Part shown: positions 56,812-64,000 of the stretch, piece by piece | Position numbering within the stretch: position 1 is the first letter of the stretch | Layout of the letters: each line of letters opens with the position of its first letter | From: a virus | Lineage: Duplodnaviria; Caudoviricetes | Strand: one strand, 5' to 3' | Virus record (IMG/VR): IMGVR_UViG_3300020576_002947 | Location: 96,001-160,000 of that record | Length of the DNA stretch: 64,000 nt | The notes under the pieces: model-generated | Told to the model about the DNA's origin: nothing | What the model saw: only the letters and a program-made list of their open reading frames with translations | The model's database searches: none | Position numbers and translations under genes: made by a program

Positions 56812-57418
56812 GTATTGCTACACCTTGACAAATAAAGCTTAACGATTGCATTGACTGAGGATTGTTAACATTGAATAAAACTAGATTTGAATCAACAAAG
56901 TTCAGTCTTTTTATCACAAAAGAATAGTATTCTTCTGAGTTTGAGTAAGGTACCACTACAGTAACATTCATTGGAGGTAAATCAGTTACTGAAAGCTGGT
57001 AATGACTGCCTGACTGGTATACTGCTGAACTAAATGATTTGACAAGCTGATTTGTAAAAGGAATTGATGGATTTGTAAAAACCATTGAACCAGCAACTGT
57101 TTTAATTCCTGTAGTAAATCCTTTTATAGCTCCTTGATCCCAGCCAGCTACAGGATGCTTGCCTTGATACTCCCCTATAGTAAGATGGTTTAGACCATAA
57201 GCTACGGCGTATTCTGCTTGAAATCCTCTTGCCTCAGTTCTGGCCCAAGGCAGGGAGAAAATCATCTCAGCCTCAATCCAATTGAGATGGTTTACTGGGT
57301 CTAAAACATTATAATCAGTAATGTTTATCTCATCAGTTGCTATCCGATCAGAATAATAGGATACAGGACGAATACCCGTCAAGCTATTTGAGAATCTATA
57401 TGAAGACGGAACAGCCAT
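56804..57418 (-). CDS. Tail tube-fold paralogue
   Basis: GFTTGIKTVAGSMVF…TDLPPMNVTV matches KGKRAIVGSMTL…DELPPFNITV of the major tube. Confidence 0.7.
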   Translation of the reverse strand: MAVPSSYRFSNSLTGIRPVSYYSDRIATDEINITDYNVLDPVNHLNWIEAEMIFSLPWARTEARGFQAEYAVAYGLNHLTIGEYQGKHPVAGWDQGAIKGFTTGIKTVAGSMVFTNPSIPFTNQLVKSFSSAVYQSGSHYQLSVTDLPPMNVTVVVPYSNSEEYYSFVIKRLNFVDSNLVLFNVNNPQSMQSLSFICQGVAILD

Positions 57419-57428
57419 ACTTAAAATA

Positions 57429-57456
57429 AAATAGAGGGCTGTTAGGCCCTCTATTT
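57429..57456 (-). terminator. Intrinsic terminator-like hairpin after the sheath-tube genes
   Basis: Perfect 11-bp stem AAATAGAGGGC/GCCCTCTATTT followed on the minus strand by TATTTT. Confidence 0.7.
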
Positions 57457-57481
57457 GGATTTCTTACCTACCTAATTAGTA

Positions 57482-58243
57482 CTACTCAAACAACGGGGTC
57501 CAAGGAGTCATTAGAAGCGAAGTAAAGGAGTAGGTTACGGGAGCAGTCATATCGTTCATAGACCAACCTGTGGTCATCTGAGCAATGCTTACGCCAAACA
57601 AGGCACAAGCAGACATAACACCTGCGTCATTAGCACCAACAACAGTAATGTTGAAGGGAGGTAGTTCGTCAGCGTAGAGAATTCTGCGCTTTCGAAGATA
57701 CTTAGCCGACTCTCTAACTCTTTCGTTAAAGATGTTGTTACCAGCACTCTGACCAATTAGACCTTTAAGGTTATTATCAGCCTGAATACTCTTATTAACG
57801 ACTAGCTGTTCAGAGCTTACTGAGAAGCCCCTTCCTAGAACACCAGTCTTATCAATTGTAGTCTCTTCGATGCGAGAGTAGTCACTACCAGCCATCATGA
57901 AGTCAGTTTGCTGAGCAATACCTTCCTTCTCATGAAGTCTAAAAACTTCGTAAAGAATAGCATCACGATCAAACTGGTTAAGCGTCATAGATCCAACAAT
58001 AGCTCTCTTACCCTTAACCATAGTTAGTGGATCTGCATTACCCATGCCGTAGAGACCAATGATCTCTCGGTTGATAGTTGCAGTTAGGGTATTAATGTGG
58101 GCTACCGGAACATCGTTAAACCACATTTGCAGGTCGGACCCAGAGAACGAAGATGGCAACTTGCTCTGAAGCGCAGTGAAATCTGTGCTATTCAGATCAA
58201 CCAAGTTGAACATATCAACTCTTGAATATCTAGTTCTGTTCAT
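57482..58243 (-). CDS. Major tail tube protein
   Basis: Follows the sheath gene and is followed by a terminator; FSGSD…LYGMG…KGKRAIVGS…YADELPPFNITV tube-family pattern. Confidence 0.75.
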   Translation of the reverse strand: MNRTRYSRVDMFNLVDLNSTDFTALQSKLPSSFSGSDLQMWFNDVPVAHINTLTATINREIIGLYGMGNADPLTMVKGKRAIVGSMTLNQFDRDAILYEVFRLHEKEGIAQQTDFMMAGSDYSRIEETTIDKTGVLGRGFSVSSEQLVVNKSIQADNNLKGLIGQSAGNNIFNERVRESAKYLRKRRILYADELPPFNITVVGANDAGVMSACALFGVSIAQMTTGWSMNDMTAPVTYSFTSLLMTPWTPLFE

Positions 58244-58283
58244 TTTCTTTTATTATTTCCTCTGTGTTACGATATTCTTATGA

Positions 58284-59993
58284 TTAGCTCTTCCTAGCAA
58301 CAGTTAGGTTAATCTGAATCTCGTTGATAGTTCTAGCAATGAGCAGACTTAGATCAACCATAACCTGTCCAATCTGATCACCTTCGACTGTCTGGTAGAC
58401 TGAGTATTTATAGCCAACACCCTCTCCACCCTGCAGACTACCTTCCGCACTGTAAGAGTCTAGAACGTCTTTAACAGCCGTCTTCATATTAGCAAGAACA
58501 GCAGGACTAGCAGCAATGCCGCAGTACCTAACCAACCTATCTCTCAGAGAGCCTAGAATTGAGTTGCATGTTCGAATAGTACTTGCCTGCCTAAAGTCGT
58601 TATTCCTATCAGCAGCAGTTGGGTCTGATAGAATTACAAGAGATTCGTTAGTTACCTGACCGTTCTTAGCAAGAACGATATAAGCACCCTTACCTAGAAG
58701 TGGATTAATGCTACCATCATGACCGACACCAAATGTCAGTTTTTGAGCAAGGTAACCAGGATAAGTATTGTCGTATGAAAGAACTCCACGAAGTCTCTTA
58801 AAGGTGAGAGTCTCACCAGTGCTTAGAGTACTATGAAGAGCAGCAATCGAGCAAGTTGGGGTATCGTAATAAACACCAAGCTGTGGATGGGTATACTGGG
58901 CGTCTGGACCAGCAACAACCAAAACTCTTCGACCTAGGTCTAAAGTCTCTCCATTAGAAGTCTGTTTAATACCATTGTACAGAAGCGGGCCTGCCTTAAG
59001 CCATTTACCTGCTGAGCTGAAGTAGCCATACTCAGTAGCAAGAAGACTGTTATTTACATAGTCCAAGATCGCTGACCGATCCCGCAGTCTTGTGGGACGG
59101 CAACCTAGATAAGCTAGACAAGGAGATGCTTCGTGAGATAGATACTCAGCAAACAAAGCCATATCAGCATAAATTGAGGTGGATGTAGAACCAGCATCTA
59201 CGATCTCATCATCAAAATAGATACAACCTAGATGGATAATGGAGGCTCTTACTTTATCACCAATCAAAGTGTTAAATGTAGAATCTTCACCAACAGCAAT
59301 CATATCAGCAAGACCCTGCTTACTTGTAGCATAGTCTTCACCAGGAGCTGTAGTACCATTAGTACCACCTGACAGGGTAACTGTACCAGAACCAAGAGCT
59401 GTTACTAGAGAAGTAAGAGCAGTGGGCCATGAGTTTCTATTGATAGAAATTGTTCTATTTCTATTAGAAGAGTTGATAAAGTCGATCAGCTCACCAATGG
59501 TCTGAGTATTAGCAAACTCAAAAGTTCTAATACCTTCCTTATTAGTTGGCTGTGTAAGTTTAAAGTAAGTAAAGCCTGACGAGGCTCCTGTACCTGCGTA
59601 AACCTGAACAGAAACACTGTTGTAGATTCGTCCAGGGTAAACTGCGCGTATATCCAGCTTATTTGAAAATGCAGACGGGGACGAAGCATACGATCCAGAG
59701 CATCTAACAAGGACAATATCCTTAGCAAGCTCATTTAGTGCCTCAACAAAGTTCTTAGCTAGAGAAGAATGAGCATCCTTCCCTGTCTCTGTTGAAGTAT
59801 TAGGATCGTTGTACCCGCTTGTATAAATAGCCGGACCAAACACCTTCTCGAACTCAGAGTAATTTCTTACTCGAATTGGTGTATTGAGAGGGCCGTCTAA
59901 GGCTGTGCCAATGATTAGCAGAGGCTCACCAGTAATGGTCTGCCCCTGATCTCCAATGACTCCACCTATTAGATTAGTTGTAATTCCGTTCAT
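58284..59993 (-). CDS. Contractile tail sheath protein
   Basis: 569 aa; IIGTALDGPLNTP…FEKVFG, AVYPGRIYN, TLSGGTNG and sheath-type C-terminus; GAGG ribosome-binding site upstream. Confidence 0.9.
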   Translation of the reverse strand: MNGITTNLIGGVIGDQGQTITGEPLLIIGTALDGPLNTPIRVRNYSEFEKVFGPAIYTSGYNDPNTSTETGKDAHSSLAKNFVEALNELAKDIVLVRCSGSYASSPSAFSNKLDIRAVYPGRIYNSVSVQVYAGTGASSGFTYFKLTQPTNKEGIRTFEFANTQTIGELIDFINSSNRNRTISINRNSWPTALTSLVTALGSGTVTLSGGTNGTTAPGEDYATSKQGLADMIAVGEDSTFNTLIGDKVRASIIHLGCIYFDDEIVDAGSTSTSIYADMALFAEYLSHEASPCLAYLGCRPTRLRDRSAILDYVNNSLLATEYGYFSSAGKWLKAGPLLYNGIKQTSNGETLDLGRRVLVVAGPDAQYTHPQLGVYYDTPTCSIAALHSTLSTGETLTFKRLRGVLSYDNTYPGYLAQKLTFGVGHDGSINPLLGKGAYIVLAKNGQVTNESLVILSDPTAADRNNDFRQASTIRTCNSILGSLRDRLVRYCGIAASPAVLANMKTAVKDVLDSYSAEGSLQGGEGVGYKYSVYQTVEGDQIGQVMVDLSLLIARTINEIQINLTVARKS

Positions 59994-60022
59994 TTATTCC
60001 TCAGTAACTCCGTTTTTTTGGG

Positions 60023-60856
60023 TTAAGAATTAAAGGTTAGACGAGAGGATGTTAGGTAAGAAATCCAAAACTCTTCATCTAAATTAGGGTAGAGCCCTGT
60101 TTTAAGGGCCCACTTTATATAGTAAGAAGAATTTTGTCTATTATCTACCTTCTCAAGAGTATAATCAGTACCCCTGGTTAAAATTACATATCTCCCGTTC
60201 CGGTATAGTTTGATTTCAAGCACACTTGTTACAACCAAGCCATTATCTGTCGAGATTGTATAGGTCTCATCTTCGGAACTCCTAACCAATTTTATATTAT
60301 CATAGTAGAGGCCATCCCCTATTACACTAAACTGTATATTTGAGATGACTTTAGAGGGTCTAACTGTATATACAGCCAGCTTTACCTCAAAGCGAAGAGT
60401 AACTTTTCCTATCTCCCCTTTGGAATTAGGATCAGTCTCAATTATAGTCTCCCTCCAGGTTATTTCTGAAGTAGGGTATCTTGTCTGAAAAATACCTCTA
60501 GAGTCCTGAATAGACTGCTCAATATCCCAAGCCATCTCTGAAATATCAAGAGATATTGGATAATAAAGAACAAAATCTACTAGAAGATTATAGTTCTGCT
60601 GGTATCTTTGGTTTACAGTACCACCTTCAGCACTGCCATGAAAACCTGAGAATGTTCTTCCTTGCCCCTTTACGAGATCCCTGACTCTTTTAGAAACCTT
60701 ACCAATAATTATTGGGCTTGTTAAAGTGTCATTAGGTGGCCTATCTGCAAAGCGTATTTTATGGTAAGATAAAACATCTGCAATTAACTCAAGTAAGTAT
60801 TTTGGAGTTAAGTTAGGATTTGTTGCAATTAAAGTTTGAATTGATGGTGAAATCAT
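60023..60856 (-). CDS. Tail completion/terminator-like protein
   Basis: 277 aa upstream of the sheath gene; call rests mainly on position. Confidence 0.45.
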   Translation of the reverse strand: MISPSIQTLIATNPNLTPKYLLELIADVLSYHKIRFADRPPNDTLTSPIIIGKVSKRVRDLVKGQGRTFSGFHGSAEGGTVNQRYQQNYNLLVDFVLYYPISLDISEMAWDIEQSIQDSRGIFQTRYPTSEITWRETIIETDPNSKGEIGKVTLRFEVKLAVYTVRPSKVISNIQFSVIGDGLYYDNIKLVRSSEDETYTISTDNGLVVTSVLEIKLYRNGRYVILTRGTDYTLEKVDNRQNSSYYIKWALKTGLYPNLDEEFWISYLTSSRLTFNS

Positions 60857-62289
60857 TTTGTCTCGACTCCGATACTTATCTCAAGGATCTCTCTTCCAAC
60901 TTGTAATTGAATATCTGCGTGTAAAAGCATGAAAGCTGGAGCAAACTCTATACCATTTCTAGTGATAGGATTACCTGTCACATTATCAAAAAGATTAATT
61001 TCTACTGCTATTACATTTAGCCTTAGATCTTTTAAGATAGACTCCAATAGACTTGACCATTCTTTCTTTACTCCAGGAACAGCTCTTTTGCCTTTGTATG
61101 AAGCTAGGAATGTATTGGCAGCGTCCATACCGACAGCAATAGCGTATGCTTCTCTTAGTAAGCTGGACCCTGATGACATTACGCCTCTGTAGATAGAAAT
61201 ACCAGCACCTGTCATTCTAACAGGTGCCATAATACCAACAGCAGCAAGGCTATCAAGTTCGGCTGCTGTTAGTGTAGGAACTAATGTTGTAATATCTAAG
61301 GATTTATTAGTAAAACCATTTAAAGGATTAATCCCCGCTAAAGACTCAACATTAAATCTTTCAAGACGTAAACCATTACGTAAAGAGTAATTACCTGATC
61401 CAAGAACAAGCCCAACCCAATCTGATCTAGAAGGTAGTATTGTAGGTAGATCTGTAAGATACTCTTCGATTGTGCCATCCACATTAGGAGCAGCAAAGAT
61501 GATTGGCTTAGGGGTTTGGTAATACTCTTCTAGATAAGATACTGCTTCATTCACTAGTGAGCTTGTAGCTTCTGTTAGCACAATAACAGATGTAATATTA
61601 TCTGTAGCTGATTCAAGACAAGTACGCAGATTTTCTGCGCTGAAATCATAGTCTAATCCACCTGACAAATAACTAGTGCCTGTTGTAAAAGTACTCCCAT
61701 GCTGATCCAAATAAACAGGTATAATTCCTAACTGATAGTATCTCTCAAGAAGGTGAGCAAGCTCATCGTAGTTTCCTGTAGTGCTGCAGGTTATTGTTGA
61801 GTATTCAGGTGTTAGACCACTAATAGTTAAAGTTGTAGATGTTTTGCTTATATAAACAGAGTTGTATTTCTCTCCTTCATACTTAGCTTTAAATACCCAA
61901 TCACCTAAGGTTAGTGATGCTCTAACTCCTGGGATTCTACATACAGTTGGGCTGCTACCAATAAATCTTTCAGCACATGTAACTAGATCGTACTTTCCTA
62001 GATACGGCCTATACCTAAATTCAGCTGATCCCGCGTACCCTAAACTACCAAAAAAAACACTGGCACCACTAACAACAGGCCTAAAAAGTACGTTGCTAAT
62101 ATCATTTATCTTTACGCCTGGCATAGCCAAGCACTCATAATCAAGCTCGAAAGAAGTTGCAGAACTACCTAGTGTAGTAAATTGGTTATAAAATGCAAAA
62201 GTTTTCTCAAAACTGGTAAAGTCTACTACTTGAAATGCCTCTGCACTTGGGCCATCTATTGCAGCACCTATAATAAGTGTTTCTGCCAT
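60853..62289 (-). CDS. Second tail-sheath-like protein
   Basis: LIIGAAIDGP…FEKTF, FKAKYEGEKYNSV and YLSGG align with the main sheath. Confidence 0.75.
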   Translation of the reverse strand: MAETLIIGAAIDGPSAEAFQVVDFTSFEKTFAFYNQFTTLGSSATSFELDYECLAMPGVKINDISNVLFRPVVSGASVFFGSLGYAGSAEFRYRPYLGKYDLVTCAERFIGSSPTVCRIPGVRASLTLGDWVFKAKYEGEKYNSVYISKTSTTLTISGLTPEYSTITCSTTGNYDELAHLLERYYQLGIIPVYLDQHGSTFTTGTSYLSGGLDYDFSAENLRTCLESATDNITSVIVLTEATSSLVNEAVSYLEEYYQTPKPIIFAAPNVDGTIEEYLTDLPTILPSRSDWVGLVLGSGNYSLRNGLRLERFNVESLAGINPLNGFTNKSLDITTLVPTLTAAELDSLAAVGIMAPVRMTGAGISIYRGVMSSGSSLLREAYAIAVGMDAANTFLASYKGKRAVPGVKKEWSSLLESILKDLRLNVIAVEINLFDNVTGNPITRNGIEFAPAFMLLHADIQLQVGREILEISIGVETK

Positions 62290-62807
62290 TGCTTATTCTC
62301 AACTATAGTAAAGGTACGCGTTTTTAAAATCTTTTCGTTTTCCTTACTATTTTGATTTAGAGGTTGAGTATTGGAGTGCCACCAAGCCATTTCTCCATTA
62401 TGTCTCTTAATAACATCAATAACTTTATAGCCCTCTCGCAAACAGATTAGGTTAATAGGCTTTTCTTGATTAATTATCCATTCTCCAGTATAAACAATAT
62501 CACCTATATTAGGTCTTATTACTGCTGGGAAGTGTATTGTAGGAGTCTCTCTTTGAACAAGGGCGAAATCTTCTTTTGAGCCTGGAACTTCAACATCGTA
62601 GCTAATTCTTGCACGGACAGCAAAAAGACCTGTCTTTTTACCAGTTCCTAGACATGAGGGACAAACCCCAGATGGGTCTCTAGCGCACTGAAGACAGGGA
62701 AACCTATCATCTTTATGAAGAACTACTAACCACTCTCCAATCTTGTCAATGAAATTAGAAACATTCTGTTCTAAATTCGGGCCTTTTTTAAAATCCCATT
62801 GCATCAT
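62268..62807 (-). CDS. Head closure/neck protein with Zn-finger
   Basis: CLQC…CPSCLGTG followed by RPNIGDIVY…YKV beta-barrel-like pattern; position between neck and sheath genes. Confidence 0.6.
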   Translation of the reverse strand: MMQWDFKKGPNLEQNVSNFIDKIGEWLVVLHKDDRFPCLQCARDPSGVCPSCLGTGKKTGLFAVRARISYDVEVPGSKEDFALVQRETPTIHFPAVIRPNIGDIVYTGEWIINQEKPINLICLREGYKVIDVIKRHNGEMAWWHSNTQPLNQNSKENEKILKTRTFTIVENKQWQKHLL

Positions 62808-62809
62808 TT

Positions 62810-64000
62810 TTAAAATCCCTGCCAGTCCCTACCGACGTATAAACTGCCGTTATTAAACGACTCGTGCCAATTAACGTTAAGCCAAGACTTTCTTGGCCCA
62901 GAATCGTTAAATTCTAGTAATTCAGACCATGACTGCAGGTCCTCTTGTGCGGTCTTTTTAGCTTCTACAATAGCCTGAATAAAATCTCTTGTAGTTGATT
63001 CTGAATAGTCCCCTAACTTCGTTGTTGTGCCAACGTATCTTAGTCTCTCATTTAAAATTGTGCAGATTAAGTTATATCTTGCTGCAGCCTCTACCCATCG
63101 AACTACAGCATGCCCTTCTCTAGACTCAGAGCGGAGAAGCTCTTCACTAAGGTTATTGAAGGAAATTCCAACCATAGTCAAGTATCGGGCATTAGCCTCA
63201 AGACTAGCTACGTGAAGGTGGTAATATAAAAAGTCTTCAGGATAATTCCCACTCTCAAATCCAAGTTTTGATTGGAGTAGTCTGATTCCACAATATAGTG
63301 GAGTGTACGTCCCTGTAAAGTACATGTAATAGTCTGATAGTACAGGCACACCTGTAATTGATGTTAGACCTTCTTTTACTTTAATTAAATATTTGGTATT
63401 TTCAGCTATTGATTCACTGGGCGTAAAAGTTAGTATCCTACCATTTAAGGCCCAACTACCAGAAACAGCGGTTTTATCGTACTCTCCGCTAACATCGTTT
63501 CTAGGGAGAACTTTCTCTTTAGTAAATTCTAAGTAGCTTGAATAACCTGCTGATGGGACCATAGACAGAGTTATTGTAAGATTAGGCCATGAACCTAAAT
63601 TACCTTGACCTGTTTCAGCACCAAAACTGACTAGCAAGGCAGATTGATTAATTGGGTCTAGGGTTGAAACATAAACAGGATCTCCATAATAAAAAGCTCT
63701 TACGTCTGACCATGCACCTGTAGCAGAGACAGAATAAGCTCTCACTCTCCAATAATAAGTGGTATCATCTACATAGGAGTAATTTGGGGTATAGGAAGTG
63801 CTGAGAGAGGCTTGTGTAAGTAAAGGAGCCTCCATAGTATAATTATCATCTAGCTGGAACTCATAAAGTGCTGATGAACTTACACTCGCCCATGTAAAGG
63901 TTGGGGCTGTTGAGTATGATTCATAATTAGCAGGTAAGATATTATCTTCTACTAAGTCAAGGTCAGTTCCTTCGACTGAGAATGTCCAGGTAGTTGGAAA
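62810..64000 (-). CDS. Ig/FN3-domain neck (head-tail connector-like) protein, 5'-truncated
   Basis: The frame stays open from 63835 to the edge (FPTTWTFSVEG…PTFTW…YEFQLDD), so the listed Met is internal. FN3-like YYWRVRA, Big_5-like LTFTP…NTKYLIKV, C-terminal KLGDYSES connector-like motif. Confidence 0.65.
   Translation of the reverse strand, partial: FPTTWTFSVEGTDLDLVEDNILPANYESYSTAPTFTWASVSSSALYEFQLDDNYTMEAPLLTQASLSTSYTPNYSYVDDTTYYWRVRAYSVSATGAWSDVRAFYYGDPVYVSTLDPINQSALLVSFGAETGQGNLGSWPNLTITLSMVPSAGYSSYLEFTKEKVLPRNDVSGEYDKTAVSGSWALNGRILTFTPSESIAENTKYLIKVKEGLTSITGVPVLSDYYMYFTGTYTPLYCGIRLLQSKLGFESGNYPEDFLYYHLHVASLEANARYLTMVGISFNNLSEELLRSESREGHAVVRWVEAAARYNLICTILNERLRYVGTTTKLGDYSESTTRDFIQAIVEAKKTAQEDLQSWSELLEFNDSGPRKSWLNVNWHESFNNGSLYVGRDWQGF

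Noticed and set aside
4006-59734. Short same-strand alternate-frame ORFs (4006..4209, 10996..11193, 12426..12644, 25185..25427, 59486..59734)
   Set aside because: Fully nested in well-supported genes, Leu-rich off-frame composition, no independent evidence.
23632-62289. Bacterial eCIS, tailocin or T6SS locus instead of a phage
   Set aside because: Neck/head-closure-like genes, giant tape measures, RuvC, a divergent phage-type GroEL and dense single-strand packing favour a large phage. No eCIS AAA ATPase or T6SS membrane complex was seen. Capsid and terminase genes are not in the window, so this is not formally proven.
6428-63215. About 20 short + strand ORFs in the ORF track (e.g. 6428..6760, 30683..31075, 39907..40290, 61862..62140)
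   Set aside because: All lie antisense within long minus-strand genes, have S/L/I/F-rich shadow composition and show no motifs.
1-64000. Alternative genetic code (stop-codon reassignment) as in some jumbo phages
   Set aside because: The standard code gives near-complete coding density, and TAA, TAG and TGA all end genes at coupled junctions.
1-64000. tRNA, rRNA or other structured RNA genes
   Set aside because: Intergenic gaps are under about 100 nt and contain only simple hairpins; no cloverleaf or T-loop signature was recognised.

Overview
The whole 64-kb window is the virion-morphogenesis region of a large contractile-tailed (myovirus-type, probably jumbo) dsDNA phage. Genes are almost wall-to-wall on the minus strand and use the standard genetic code. 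In transcription order (64000 to 1) it encodes: an Ig-domain neck protein (5'-truncated), a Zn-finger head-closure protein, two tail-sheath paralogues flanking a tail-completion-like gene, three tube-fold paralogues, a Thr/Ser-rich protein, two tail-assembly chaperones, two giant tape-measure-like proteins (2136 and 1786 aa) separated by a metallophosphoesterase cassette, a glycine-zipper membrane protein, a 3257-aa baseplate-hub-like protein, two peptidoglycan hydrolases, gp25/gpJ/gpI-like baseplate genes, a glycosyltransferase, a RuvC/holin-like/GroEL cassette, a long run of baseplate/fibre genes, a sigma-like protein, a RemA/DUF370-like protein and a truncated nucleotide kinase. Highlights: (1) the phage GroEL is split in its GDG|TTT ATP-binding motif by a 324-aa Pro1, WCT-type (class 3) LAGLIDADG intein; (2) each of the three giant tail proteins carries embedded nuclease folds (intact SNase, apparently intact DEDDh, degenerate PD-(D/E)XK and SNase); (3) the two unrelated cell-wall hydrolases share an N-terminal RAxxDFYRIGLI tag, suggesting a modular virion-docking system; (4) a phage-borne RemA-family regulator. 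All family calls come from motif recognition by eye; no database searches were run.
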